A DNA stretch of 64,000 nucleotides from Fibrobacteria bacterium AD312 (GCA_001462345.1 LIUM01000047.1:975-64974), one strand, 5' to 3'. Shown: positions 15,313 through 25,521, counted from the stretch's first letter. Program-made: numbers and translations. The notes: generated by a model from the sequence alone, not told the origin.

Positions 15313-17004
15313 ATGAGAACATTTAATAAACGAATCGTTATATTGATGTTAATTGCTTTTAATGGGCTGTTTGCTGCTGTGAGTCCTGACTTTCCTATGG
15401 CTGGTTGGGCTGTTTCTGGAAATACAACAGGGGGAGCTGGTTATGGAGAAGTGACAGTCAGTAATGTGACTGACTTAAAGTCTTATGCTAAAGCAGGCAA
15501 TAAGGTTATTTATGTTAAAGCAGGAACTTATGCTGGTCAAATAGATGTGGGCTCAAATGTCACTTTATATGGGTATCCTGGTGCTATTATTACTCAACCA
15601 AATGGCCAGTCGGCGATTAAAATTTCTGGCGTAAGCAATGTTATTATTCGAAATTTTATTGTAAAAGGGATTGGTGCTGTAGATATTGATGCTAATGACT
15701 GTGTTCAAATCAATAGTAGTGCAACTAAGATTTGGATAGATCATTTAGATATTTATGATGGTCAAGATGGGAATTTGGATATTGTGAATGCTTCTGATTA
15801 CGTCACGATTTCATGGACAAAGTTTAGTTATACTTCAGCGTCTTCAGATCACCAGTTTAGCAATCTGATTGGAAATAGCGATAGTAAAACAACAGATAGC
15901 GGGCATTTGAGGGTCACACTTCATCATAATTGGTGGGCTGATGGGGTGAAAGAGCGCATGCCTCGTGTCCGTTTTGGAAGGGTTCATGTGGCTAATAACT
16001 TATTTGATACTAAAACGAGTTCTTCTTGTGTGCGTGCTGGTTATAAAGCCGATTTAAGAGTGGAAAACAACGTTTTCATTGGAGTAAAAAAACCTATTGA
16101 TTTATATGAAGGCGATTATACTGCTGTTTCTGTATCGGGCAATTATTTTGAAGGAACATCAGGGAACACTTCGGGTAATAAAACCGCTTTTACTCCTTCT
16201 TATAACATGCCTTTAACAGATGTTAGTAACCCAGCTAAGGCTTATGCCTTGAGAGATTCTATTAAGAATTTCGCTGGTGCTACTTTACCTGCTCCAGGGA
16301 CAGTTTATTCTTCTTCAAGTGTAATACCCAGTTCTTCTTCATTCGTAAGTTCTTCTAGTTCATTACCTCCATCTTCTTCGAGTGTTATTTCTAGCTCGTC
16401 ATCAGCCATTGTATCTTCTAGTTCGATTGAGGTCACTGAGGCCGCTATTTTAGAAAAACATGGTTCTGGTAGTTCTAATCAAACGGTTGTTGCTGGTGAA
16501 TCCATAGCCTCTTTCTATTACACTTGGGTTAATGCTTTTGGGGTAACTGTTGAAGGGTTACCTTTAGGTGTTTCTTATGTTTTAGATGAAGAAAAGAAAA
16601 ACGTCTATATTGAAGGAACCGTGGAATCTAGTACTCCTGCTGGTGATTACACTTTTACTGTGACTACAGTAGGGAACCCTATTACTAATGCGGTAAAATC
16701 AGGGACCATCAAAGTAACTTCTACAACCTCTATCGAATCCTCTTATTTTAAGACTTCAGGTTTTCAAATCACTCCAAAGATTATTCAGAGCGAAGCTAGT
16801 ATTACCTTTAATTTAAAGAAACAAGGCTTAGTCTCACTTTCGATTATTGATCTTTCTGGTCGTGAGGTGTTTTCGAAAAAATGGAATGCATCCACTGGCA
16901 TGAATCAAATGATTGTGAATAGTTCTTCTTTTACTGCTGGTGTTTATTATGTGCAGTTAAAGACACCTGCATCGGAATCGATTCAGAAAATAGTTATTCG
17001 ATAA
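15313..17004 (+). CDS. secreted pectate lyase (PL1-like) with a poly-Ser linker and a C-terminal secretion-sorting domain
   Basis: A signal peptide is followed by the catalytic block WIDH…NWWADGVKERMPRVRFGRVHVANN, a run of roughly 45 Ser-rich residues, and a C-terminus resembling a T9SS-type CTD (…SLSIIDLSGREV…GVYYVQLKT…). Confidence 0.7.
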   Translation: MRTFNKRIVILMLIAFNGLFAAVSPDFPMAGWAVSGNTTGGAGYGEVTVSNVTDLKSYAKAGNKVIYVKAGTYAGQIDVGSNVTLYGYPGAIITQPNGQSAIKISGVSNVIIRNFIVKGIGAVDIDANDCVQINSSATKIWIDHLDIYDGQDGNLDIVNASDYVTISWTKFSYTSASSDHQFSNLIGNSDSKTTDSGHLRVTLHHNWWADGVKERMPRVRFGRVHVANNLFDTKTSSSCVRAGYKADLRVENNVFIGVKKPIDLYEGDYTAVSVSGNYFEGTSGNTSGNKTAFTPSYNMPLTDVSNPAKAYALRDSIKNFAGATLPAPGTVYSSSSVIPSSSSFVSSSSSLPPSSSSVISSSSSAIVSSSSIEVTEAAILEKHGSGSSNQTVVAGESIASFYYTWVNAFGVTVEGLPLGVSYVLDEEKKNVYIEGTVESSTPAGDYTFTVTTVGNPITNAVKSGTIKVTSTTSIESSYFKTSGFQITPKIIQSEASITFNLKKQGLVSLSIIDLSGREVFSKKWNASTGMNQMIVNSSSFTAGVYYVQLKTPASESIQKIVIR

Positions 17005-17020
17005 AATTCTCTCCATATCG

Positions 17021-17057
17021 AAAGAAGAAGGATCGCCTTGCGGCGATCCTTCTTTTT
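17021..17057. terminator. bidirectional terminator between the convergent pel and GH13 genes
   Basis: The hairpin gaaggatcgcc-ttgc-ggcgatccttc is flanked by A and T runs. Confidence 0.55.
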
Positions 17058-17073
17058 AGGGGGGAGGAGAAAA

Positions 17074-18786
17074 TTAAATGGCTTTAACCACAAACAGATG
17101 CCCAGGTGCCTTATTAGGATCTAGACGCACAAAGTTTTGTGAGCCTCGCCAAACAAAGGATTCATCAGTAATAAGATCCTTGACAAAGAAAAAGGCGTCT
17201 TCAGACAAACCGAGCTCTTGCATATTTAGAGCAATAGTCCCTTCCTGAGCATGATGCATATCCATATTAGCAATACACAAAATGACATCTTTTTCAAGTT
17301 TCTTTGAATATACCATTAAATTAGTATTTTCTGCGTAATGAAATCTAAGATTATCGTATTCTTGCATCGCTGGATGGGCTTCTCGCGCTAAATTGACTCG
17401 ACGAATGAAGTCTTTAATGCCTGGTTCGTGCCAGTGATGCACTTTATACTGGTATTTTTCACTATCATGCAGTTCTTCTTTAATTGGCGACTTGATATTT
17501 TCACAAAGTTCATAGCCATTGTACATGCCTGTCAAGCTAGATAAGGTCGCGGCTAAAAAATAGCGTTGCTTAAATGCTGCTGGCCCTTGATCTGCTAAAT
17601 AAGTAGGGAATATATCTGGAGTTGTGGGGAAGAAAATGCCACGCATATATTCTTTTGCGTCAGATTGAGTTAATTCCTTAAGGTATTCTTCAAACTCCCA
17701 TTTTTCAGAACGCCAAGTAAAATAGGTGTAGCTCATGTCAAACCCTAATTTACCGAGGCGGTGCATTATTTTTGGACGAGTAAAGGCTTCTGCTAAGAAA
17801 ACAATCTCTGGCCGTTTTTCTTTAATGTCAGAAATGAGCCATTCCCAAAAAGGAAATGGTTTCGTGTGAGGATTATCTATACGGAATATATCGATTCCCT
17901 TATCAGCCCAAAAAAGAATTATATCTCGAATCTCTTCCCAAAGTGCTTGGAAGTTTTCGTTATAGTAGTCGAAGGGGTAGATGTCTTCGTATTTTTTGGG
18001 AGGATTTTCTGCAAACTTAATAGAACCATCGGGTTCATGAAAAAACCATTCGGGGTGTTCTTTGACGTAAGGATGATCTGGACTGCAGTTTAAGGCAATA
18101 TCTAAAGCAAGTCTAAAGCCTTTGTTTTTGCATGCTTTTACAAAATGTTCAAAATCTTCCATTGACCCTAATTCAGGGTCAACGGCATAATGACCGCCAA
18201 ATGAATTACCTACGGCATAAGGACAGCCTGGCTCTCCTTTTTTTGCCTTAAGGGCATTGTTTGCCCCTTTTCTATTGGTAACACCAATAGGGTGGATTGG
18301 TACTAAATAAATGGTATCAAACCCTAAATCATCAATGTAATCAAGTCGGTTTTCACAATCTTTCCAAGTGGCGCTCGCTTTTGGATCCTGGCCCTGACTT
18401 TTTGGCCACATTTCATACCATGTGCCTGTTCGCGCGTATTTTGGGTCCACTCTTAATTTCATTACGGGACTTTCCGTTGGAACATCTTCAGGAGCAATTG
18501 TCCAAGCAATGATTTTATACTCATAAAAGCCGATGTTTTGAACAATAAAATAACCTTCCCACAAATCATTTTCAATGAGTTTCATGGGAACTTCTTTCCA
18601 TTTTTTTTGAGACGAGTGTTTGTATAAAATGGCGGCATCGTATTTTTCGTGACTATGTCTAAAAATATCTGCCTGAATGGTCACCTTATCGCCTGGTTCA
18701 CGCTTAATCATAAAGCGCCCTCCCTCAATGGAAGGGCGAATATTTTCAATTACAAAATTTTCTTTTTTTGTTGGTATTATAGCCAT
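17074..18786 (-). CDS. GH13 alpha-glucan enzyme, GlgE-like (alpha-1,4-glucan:maltose-1-phosphate maltosyltransferase family)
   Basis: The GlgE-type block FRIDNPHTKPFPFWEWLI…FLAEAFTRP…YTYFTWR is present in a 570-aa product. Confidence 0.55.
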   Translation of the reverse strand: MAIIPTKKENFVIENIRPSIEGGRFMIKREPGDKVTIQADIFRHSHEKYDAAILYKHSSQKKWKEVPMKLIENDLWEGYFIVQNIGFYEYKIIAWTIAPEDVPTESPVMKLRVDPKYARTGTWYEMWPKSQGQDPKASATWKDCENRLDYIDDLGFDTIYLVPIHPIGVTNRKGANNALKAKKGEPGCPYAVGNSFGGHYAVDPELGSMEDFEHFVKACKNKGFRLALDIALNCSPDHPYVKEHPEWFFHEPDGSIKFAENPPKKYEDIYPFDYYNENFQALWEEIRDIILFWADKGIDIFRIDNPHTKPFPFWEWLISDIKEKRPEIVFLAEAFTRPKIMHRLGKLGFDMSYTYFTWRSEKWEFEEYLKELTQSDAKEYMRGIFFPTTPDIFPTYLADQGPAAFKQRYFLAATLSSLTGMYNGYELCENIKSPIKEELHDSEKYQYKVHHWHEPGIKDFIRRVNLAREAHPAMQEYDNLRFHYAENTNLMVYSKKLEKDVILCIANMDMHHAQEGTIALNMQELGLSEDAFFFVKDLITDESFVWRGSQNFVRLDPNKAPGHLFVVKAI

Positions 18787-18850
18787 GCTACAAATATAAC
18801 TAGAACTGCTCTATAAAAGGGTAAAAAAGATCAGGTCTTTGATTTACAGA

Positions 18851-20137
18851 CTAATCAATTCGGATCAGTTGAATGTTCTTAAACCAAAAGATTCGTTCTG
18901 CTCCACCTAAGTTGAATTCTAAGCGGGCAAAGGTGTTGTCTTCTACGCCTAAATATTCTATTTCATAAGATTTTCCGTTCAGACCAATGATTGGCTTCTC
19001 TTGGAATCCAAGGGTGGTGTATGGCGTATGGTAAGAACCAAGACGAACAGTAATTGGACCTTCTACATTAGACCAGGCCGTAAAGATCAGCTTGTACTTG
19101 CGATTTTGTAAAACAGGAATGTCTTCATGAATTAGTTGTACGCTATAAGACTTAGAACCGCCCTTTGTGACATTGATCTTCATTTGATATTCATTTTTTG
19201 ATTCATGAATAATGGAAGAATCAGCGACACCAGAATATTGTTCCATTAATATCCAGCCAGTAGACCCGTTAGAAAAGTCTCCGTTCACGGCCCAGTTTGT
19301 GGATGTCTTATCAAATTGAGCTAATGCTTCAGAAACATAGTCTGAAATAGTGTCGCCGTCTTTTGATGTCCATGACCAGCGTAAACAAGAGAAGCTAGAT
19401 AGAAAACGTTCATTGAGAGTATTCCACAAAGTGGCGTTTTCTGTCTCGCTAAAACGAACGGTATCATTTTCTATTGAGGCTAATGTAAAATCTATTTCAC
19501 TAATCCATCGTTGAACAAAGAAGGTCACTGGTAAGTTTAGAGAGTCATTATAAATCTCTGCTTGTTGATAATGATAGCGTAAATCAATGGCCTTAAAGGC
19601 AGAAAGAGAATATTCAAATGGAACATCTTCTCCATTGATTTTCAACATGCCAGAAATAGAATAATCATCAGCATTATCGGGTTTAAAACCGATTCCAATT
19701 TCTTTTAAGAGACCTTCTTCTTGAAGATCAATCTTCTTAAATGCTTCGTCAATGACCGATTCTCCTGTTTGGACTTCGTTGCCAAAGTTAACGGTAAGAG
19801 TGGTGTCCGTTGGCATGGTTTCGTATGGCCATAATAAGAGACCTTCTTCAGGATCAATAGTTACATAAACGTAGTAGCTAGAATAAGAGCGAACATGAGT
19901 TAAATCTAGACGGAACTTATCAATAATCATCGTTTCATTATCGCCTGGCATTTTCGCAAGGATAGCACTGGACGTACTCGTATCGGACTGGGATCCGTAG
20001 TCTATGATAAAGCTTGCTGTAAATGCAATACTAGGATTACCTATTTCTATCCCAGCAGATGGTTCTTTTTCAGAACAACCCGTTAAAGAGATTGCTAGTC
20101 CGATTAAGCAAAATAGAAAGAAACGATAGACACTCAT
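18851..20137 (-). CDS. lipoprotein, hypothetical
   Basis: A signal peptide plus lipobox (ISLTGCS) is present. No other motif is recognisable. Confidence 0.5.
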   Translation of the reverse strand: MSVYRFFLFCLIGLAISLTGCSEKEPSAGIEIGNPSIAFTASFIIDYGSQSDTSTSSAILAKMPGDNETMIIDKFRLDLTHVRSYSSYYVYVTIDPEEGLLLWPYETMPTDTTLTVNFGNEVQTGESVIDEAFKKIDLQEEGLLKEIGIGFKPDNADDYSISGMLKINGEDVPFEYSLSAFKAIDLRYHYQQAEIYNDSLNLPVTFFVQRWISEIDFTLASIENDTVRFSETENATLWNTLNERFLSSFSCLRWSWTSKDGDTISDYVSEALAQFDKTSTNWAVNGDFSNGSTGWILMEQYSGVADSSIIHESKNEYQMKINVTKGGSKSYSVQLIHEDIPVLQNRKYKLIFTAWSNVEGPITVRLGSYHTPYTTLGFQEKPIIGLNGKSYEIEYLGVEDNTFARLEFNLGGAERIFWFKNIQLIRID

Positions 20138-21006
20138 TACACTCCTCGGGTCAGAGGAAAAAGCTGAATATTGACTTGAACAATATCATCAGCTTCTCCG
20201 TTACTTGCAGAGAAATCTAATAGTTCTTTTCGCATAAGTTGCAAATGTTTTTTTAAAGAGGGGAAATCTTTGCGCTTAATCGCAAAAGTAACGGCCGAAA
20301 AGTCCCTTTGGTTACCCGGAAGTTCCGATAAAGCCGTTGAAGCGAGCTTTAACATTTGATTATGGTAAAATTTGACTAAAACATCTTGGACTTCGTCATC
20401 TGTTGTTAAAAGAGGGTCTTTTTGGCGAAATCCATTCGCTGTTTTGACTAATAACCCTAACTCGAGCAGAATTTTTAGGGATTCTGCCGTTTGAGCTGGA
20501 GTAATGCCTCCCATGACGTGTTTTGAAATCCACTCTGGGGCGGCATTAAATCCTTTGAGTGAAGTCATTTCTAAAATCACGGAGTGGTACCATTCGCGGA
20601 AAATGCGAAATTGGGCTTTTTCAAGAGAACGTAATTTAGAACGAGGGCTTGCTTTTAATAATTGAGCGTAATAAATCTGTTTTTCTTTGTCGTTTTTAGC
20701 TTGATTAAAAAAGACAAGGCTTTCAAAATAAGCGGCTCTCTTGGCATCAAGGTTTAAGCCAGAGATTAATTTAACGACCGTGTTCTTTGTGATGTTACGT
20801 TTACCATCGATGGCTAGCTTTAAGTGAGCATGGCTTGAAAGCCCTGATTTCTCAGCGAAAAAGCGAAGACTAAAGGCGGAAGACGTTTTCTTCTTATATT
20901 CATAAAAGTCGCGCAAGAAAACACGATAATTCGTGTATTGCAAAATATCAGGTTCTTTACTTTTTGTGTTTGCGCTTTCCATCATATTTATAAGATAGCT
21001 GTTCAA
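20137..21006 (-). CDS. TIGR02147-like family protein (Fibrobacter-type paralogous family)
   Basis: The N-terminal region YRVFLRDFYEYKK…FSLRFFAEKSG is characteristic of that family. Its start overlaps the upstream lipoprotein. Confidence 0.45.
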   Translation of the reverse strand: MNSYLINMMESANTKSKEPDILQYTNYRVFLRDFYEYKKKTSSAFSLRFFAEKSGLSSHAHLKLAIDGKRNITKNTVVKLISGLNLDAKRAAYFESLVFFNQAKNDKEKQIYYAQLLKASPRSKLRSLEKAQFRIFREWYHSVILEMTSLKGFNAAPEWISKHVMGGITPAQTAESLKILLELGLLVKTANGFRQKDPLLTTDDEVQDVLVKFYHNQMLKLASTALSELPGNQRDFSAVTFAIKRKDFPSLKKHLQLMRKELLDFSASNGEADDIVQVNIQLFPLTRGV

Positions 21007-21069
21007 AAGAAATAAAGACAGCTTTATCCCAAGAAACTCGTTTACTTGCGTAAACGAATCAAATTGTTT

Positions 21070-21624
21070 TTAATTCACTAAAAAGGCTGGATCTGTCGAA
21101 AGAAGCGAAAAACGCAGATGATTTAAGAAAACACCATGGAGATTAGCGTATTCTCTAAAAAAGCCTTCTTCTTGAAAACCGACTCGTTTTACTAAAGCAA
21201 TGCTTTTTTGATTATTGGCAGCAATATCTATTTCTAACCTATTTAGTTTCAATGAGTTAAATGCGTATAAGCAAAGACGCTTAAGAGCTTCTGTGGCGTA
21301 CCCTTTCCCTGTATGTGAATGTAATAGCCAATAACCAATAGAAGCAGAAAGATTTTCCCATTGGATCCACTGTAAACAGATGCAACCTAAAAAAGTATGG
21401 TCTTCTTTAAGGAAAAGCCCCCATAGACCTCCATTATCCATTTCACTTTGTAGAGAATAGGAATCAATAAATCGAAGCGCATCTTCTATGGTATGCATGG
21501 CCCTGACCCAAGGAAGCTTTGCGTCTAAAAAAGAACGAGAACGGTCCACTTCTTTTAAAAAAACTTCTGCGTGTTTGTCTTCAAGATGTTCTAAAAAAAT
21601 GCGTTGCCCTTCGATTAAACCCAT
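21070..21624 (-). CDS. GNAT N-acetyltransferase (RimJ/RimL-like)
   Basis: GNAT motifs are present (…HTGKGYATEAL…). Confidence 0.65.
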   Translation of the reverse strand: MGLIEGQRIFLEHLEDKHAEVFLKEVDRSRSFLDAKLPWVRAMHTIEDALRFIDSYSLQSEMDNGGLWGLFLKEDHTFLGCICLQWIQWENLSASIGYWLLHSHTGKGYATEALKRLCLYAFNSLKLNRLEIDIAANNQKSIALVKRVGFQEEGFFREYANLHGVFLNHLRFSLLSTDPAFLVN

Positions 21625-22037
21625 TATTCTATATCCGTTACAAAAAAGGCTTCTTGACTTTCTATGGTTAATGGGGTAGTGGAAGGAATTCGATTAGGGT
21701 AGTAATAACCAGTGATTCTAGTTATTTCATGTTTGGAAGTGTCTTTCCAATTTGGAAAAACGCCTGGCGTGAGTGAGTCCGATAAGAAAATAAAGGTGTC
21801 TAAACGATTTTCTTTGGAATCCAATTCATATAAAAAAAAGCAAGGCTCTCTTTGACAGAGATTTTTATCGTACTTATAAGTTAAGTCTCCGAAAAGAGTA
21901 TAGCATGCTCTTGCATTCTCGTTTTCTGCTGGGATATCTCGCATGTCTTCGATAGAAATGCTTGTGCATTCCTCAAACGGTTCTTCGGCACATCCCAAAA
22001 ATAGTGAAAGGGAAAGAAAAATTAATAGTCTATTCAT
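21624..22037 (-). CDS. small lipoprotein, hypothetical
   Basis: I trimmed it to the internal Met (MNRLLIFLSLSLFLGC lipobox). The longer ORF-track version runs through the tRNA-Leu gene. Confidence 0.45.
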   Translation of the reverse strand: MNRLLIFLSLSLFLGCAEEPFEECTSISIEDMRDIPAENENARACYTLFGDLTYKYDKNLCQREPCFFLYELDSKENRLDTFIFLSDSLTPGVFPNWKDTSKHEITRITGYYYPNRIPSTTPLTIESQEAFFVTDIE

Positions 22038-22088
22038 AATAATAACGATAGAAAAAAAAGACCAGCTTGTGTTGCTAGTCCTTTTCAG

Positions 22089-22172
22089 TGCGGATGAGAG
22101 GACTTGAACCTCCATGTCCTTGCGAACACTAGAATCTGAATCTAGCGTGTCTACCAATTCCACCACATCCGC
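22089..22172 (-). tRNA. tRNA-Leu (anticodon CAG)
   Basis: The reverse complement folds as acceptor GCGGATG/CATCCGC, D-stem GTG/CAC, anticodon stem CTAGA/TCTAG with loop TTCAGAT, a long variable arm, and a T-loop TTCAAGT. Confidence 0.85.
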
Positions 22173-22207
22173 GAATGTTTCAAATTTTGAAAAAAAGAGG
22201 GGCTTTG

Positions 22208-22915
22208 TCAAGGTAATTTAGAAAAGCGGAAATCTCGGATCTGGTTCGGGTGTTTTTCAACCCAATAACTCCAATCGTGTTCTCCTTCAGCATCAAAAAC
22301 AATATTACAAGAAGAACCGATGGATTCACAAAAAGAATAAAGCCAAGGCAAAACATGAGACGCAGGATAAAGGCGATCTCGACCGCCTTGTAAAAAAAGC
22401 CATTTCCCCGTTTTTATTTTTTTGATTTGAGATAATTTTTGGAAATCTCCTAGTATTGACAAATTAGAGCTAATCAATAGTCTGGAGAGGACGTTTCTTT
22501 TCCCATTGATAGAATAAGCTAAAACACCAAGAGTGCCGTCAGAAACACCCGCGAGATGGACTTCCTGAATAGAAAATTTAAAGTGTCCTTCAAGAGAATC
22601 AATGAGTTTATCTGTAATGGAAGTTAAAGAAGGAGATAACCAATGGTTATTTTGGCAAGCAGAAGGGCTTGCAATAATGATATTGGAGTCATTTAAAAGT
22701 TCAAATAATCCTTTGCCAGCAATGAGGCCTTTTTGACAATTAGGGCTTTGCATTCCTCCATGAAACCAAATAATAACGGACGGTGATTTTTGTTTATGGG
22801 AGCTAGTAGACCAAACGCCTGCGAGGCTTTTAAATCCATCTTCAAAAAGAACGATGGAGTCTTGTGTTGCAAAGGCTTGTGAGAAAAGAAAGAAAAGAAA
22901 GAAAAGCCGTTTCAT
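22208..22915 (-). CDS. secreted alpha/beta-hydrolase fold esterase
   Basis: A signal peptide is present, together with the HGG oxyanion motif (WFHGG) and a G-x-S-x-G-like nucleophile elbow (AGVSDG). Confidence 0.5.
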   Translation of the reverse strand: MKRLFFLFFLFSQAFATQDSIVLFEDGFKSLAGVWSTSSHKQKSPSVIIWFHGGMQSPNCQKGLIAGKGLFELLNDSNIIIASPSACQNNHWLSPSLTSITDKLIDSLEGHFKFSIQEVHLAGVSDGTLGVLAYSINGKRNVLSRLLISSNLSILGDFQKLSQIKKIKTGKWLFLQGGRDRLYPASHVLPWLYSFCESIGSSCNIVFDAEGEHDWSYWVEKHPNQIRDFRFSKLP

Positions 22916-22971
22916 ATTTAAAAACTTAGAGCTGTTTTGATACTATTAAGAATTATTTGAAATCGGAAAAT

Positions 22972-23496
22972 CTATAGGGGGTTTTGTCTAAGGAAAAAAC
23001 GTATAAAGTAAATAGAACTAAATAATAAAGACGCTTCAATTAAAATACCCCAGAAGGCAATCCTTAGGTGGTAGTCATTTATGGCTTCTTCTGAAACAGA
23101 ACCATTAATGGTTGTAAGTTCTTTTACAATCCAAACGTTTTTATTGATGCGCGCGGCTTTAATTTCCATGGGTACAGGAGTTTGTGTTTCTGTGTCCCAC
23201 CATTTAAACCATTCCATCATATCTAATTTATGATTCCGTGATAAATAGAGATGAAATTCTGCTTCTTTATCATTGTTGATATTAAACATTTGTTTGTCAA
23301 AAAAAGGAATGTTGGTATTCCCAAAAATACTTGGGATGGCAATAAAACTCACCGTTCCATAAAAGAGATCGTTTTCCTTAAGGAAGCTCGTAAAAACAGG
23401 CTTCATATAGGACAAAAGCCAAATCATAGTAAAAGTCAAAAAAATGGCTAAATTTAAAGCGGATATTTGCTTATAGGATTTACGTTTGAGGGCCAT
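22972..23496 (-). CDS. membrane protein, hypothetical
   Basis: Two TM helices are present, with no conserved motif. Confidence 0.4.
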   Translation of the reverse strand: MALKRKSYKQISALNLAIFLTFTMIWLLSYMKPVFTSFLKENDLFYGTVSFIAIPSIFGNTNIPFFDKQMFNINNDKEAEFHLYLSRNHKLDMMEWFKWWDTETQTPVPMEIKAARINKNVWIVKELTTINGSVSEEAINDYHLRIAFWGILIEASLLFSSIYFIRFFLRQNPL

Positions 23497-23510
23497 TATC
23501 TAACCTTATT

Positions 23511-24299
23511 TTATGTTTTTGATCGGAAAACAAAGAATAATGTAGATAATAAAAGAATGATAGAAAGGAAATAGAAAACCTGAGGAACTCTGGATTTGAA
23601 TATTTCGTCGTTAATCGATTTAATTTTAAAGGCTTGTAATAAATTTTCACTAAGCATTAGAGCATTGTCATCATCAAAGCGATTCCATAAAACAGAGAGT
23701 TCTTCGTTTTCGGCAAGAAGATTTTCGATGTTTGCTATAATCTCAGGAGAAATATTTTTAGTGACGGGAAGAGATGGTGTGAAACCTAGCCTTGCTGAAT
23801 CAAGGCAGCTTAATAGGATACCTGTTTCTACATCTGGAATTTTATACAAAGTATCGTTTATGATCTTGACTTGTCTTGACCAATGATTTCGCTTGGCGAG
23901 GTATTGGCGCATGGCAGCTGTTTTCCCAAAAACTTCTCTTTCAAAGAGTAGGACGTCAGAAGATGGTGGCATCCAATCCCCTTGAAGTCTAAAATTTTCG
24001 ATAGAAGAAGAAATAGAAATGACTATTTCTCTTAAGCTCATGATTTGAGCGACGGTTTTACTCGAATCTTCGATGGCTCCCACTCTTGTTTTTTCAAGGG
24101 ATCTCATCAGGCGTGTTTCAAGAAATTTATACTCTGAAAGATTTTCAACATAACGATTATAAACAACGGCTTGTTGCTTTTGAGAAACGTAAAATAGAGA
24201 AGTTAATCCAATGGTGATAAAAATCACGATCCAAATTAAAGGCGTTTTAATTTTTCTCTTTAGTATGTTTTGAATAGTTGAAGAATCAGAAGAATTCAT
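23511..24299 (-). CDS. membrane protein, hypothetical
   Basis: It has N- and C-terminal TM segments and no conserved motif. Confidence 0.4.
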   Translation of the reverse strand: MNSSDSSTIQNILKRKIKTPLIWIVIFITIGLTSLFYVSQKQQAVVYNRYVENLSEYKFLETRLMRSLEKTRVGAIEDSSKTVAQIMSLREIVISISSSIENFRLQGDWMPPSSDVLLFEREVFGKTAAMRQYLAKRNHWSRQVKIINDTLYKIPDVETGILLSCLDSARLGFTPSLPVTKNISPEIIANIENLLAENEELSVLWNRFDDDNALMLSENLLQAFKIKSINDEIFKSRVPQVFYFLSIILLLSTLFFVFRSKT

Positions 24300-24333
24300 A
24301 TTTCTGAAATTACCTTTTTTCTACCTTATCAAT

Positions 24334-25521
24334 ATGGGAAAAATCATTTTTTTGTTTATTTGTTCGTTTTTTTTGAGCGGATGCTTTGAACGGGCAGAAG
24401 AAAAGGTCTTTGCAATACATCCTAATGGCTATAAAAAGACCTCTTTTTGGGTGTATTCAGACGGAGAGATTTTAAAAAGAAATGAGTGGTATAGTAACGG
24501 CATAAAGGAACTAGAAATTCCCTATAAAAAAAATGAACCGCATGGTCGCTTTAAACGATGGACCGCTTTTGGAGATGTGGCGGGTGTCGGGCGATATAAA
24601 AAAGGAAAAAAAGAAGGGGAGTGGAAAACTTTTTTTGATAATAAAAAAACAGAGACTATTCGTGTTTATAAAGACGATAAAAAAACAGGAACTTGGGAAG
24701 GGTATTTTTACAATCGTAATCCAGCCTGGCTTGAATATTATAGGAATGACTCCTCAGTAGGATTGTGGAAAAAGTGGTATTCTAATGGGACTCTAGAAGA
24801 AGAAAATTCATGCCATCTAGCAGAGGAGGAAGGATTTAAAAAGCATTATTATGCTGATGGAAAGCTTCAATGGAAACTGCGTTGCCGTTTTGGAATTAAA
24901 GATGGGCTCGCTGAACAATATTACCCAAGTGGTTTATTGCATTTAAAGTATTTCTATAAACAGGGGCAGCAAAATGGGCCGTTAGAAATATATCGTGCTA
25001 GTGGGCGCCTTTGGAAACGAGAATTTTGGAAACAAGATGTTCGAGATTCAGTTTGGACATGGTATGATTCTACAGAGACCCCTATTATTAAAAGTCGTTT
25101 TGTTAATGGAACGGGCGTTGCTTATGGATTTTGTCCATCTGGTGATGCTCGTCTGACATGTGCAGAATCCACGTTTGTAAATAATCGTCTAGATGGGCCT
25201 CTTTATTATTACAAAGAGAAAAGCAATTTACGATTTGAAGAAGTATGGAAGAATGGAGTTATTCAAGAGACTCGTAGTTTTTATCCTGATAGCTTAGGTG
25301 GTAGACTAGCTAACGAAGGTTTTTGGAAAGAGGGCAAAAGAGATGGCGTTTGGCGTAACTGGTATCCCTCTGGAATTCTTATGGATAGTCTTCATTTTTT
25401 AAATGGAGAGCGTTATGGTCATCAATTAAGTTATGATTCTACAGGGAAGCTCTATATGCATAAAGAGGTTTTTGGAAAAAATAAACCAGTGATAATGCAT
25501 TTATTGCAATCCCAAAAATAA
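24334..25521 (+). CDS. MORN-variant repeat lipoprotein (YwqK-like repeat family)
   Basis: A lipobox (LSGC) is followed by at least 10 repeats of the form G-x-W-x-x-W/Y-x-x-G. Confidence 0.6.
   Translation: MGKIIFLFICSFFLSGCFERAEEKVFAIHPNGYKKTSFWVYSDGEILKRNEWYSNGIKELEIPYKKNEPHGRFKRWTAFGDVAGVGRYKKGKKEGEWKTFFDNKKTETIRVYKDDKKTGTWEGYFYNRNPAWLEYYRNDSSVGLWKKWYSNGTLEEENSCHLAEEEGFKKHYYADGKLQWKLRCRFGIKDGLAEQYYPSGLLHLKYFYKQGQQNGPLEIYRASGRLWKREFWKQDVRDSVWTWYDSTETPIIKSRFVNGTGVAYGFCPSGDARLTCAESTFVNNRLDGPLYYYKEKSNLRFEEVWKNGVIQETRSFYPDSLGGRLANEGFWKEGKRDGVWRNWYPSGILMDSLHFLNGERYGHQLSYDSTGKLYMHKEVFGKNKPVIMHLLQSQK

Noticed and set aside
16300-16440. Ser-codon-rich stretch in the pectate lyase gene, considered as a tandem DNA repeat or microsatellite.
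   Set aside because: It is in frame and encodes a poly-Ser interdomain linker with mixed TCx/AGy codons. It is not a nucleotide-level tandem repeat feature.
21624-22211. A 195-aa minus-strand ORF spanning 22038-22211.
   Set aside because: Its N-terminal part overlaps a clean tRNA-Leu(CAG) cloverleaf. I kept only the C-terminal lipoprotein, which starts at an internal Met with a lipobox.
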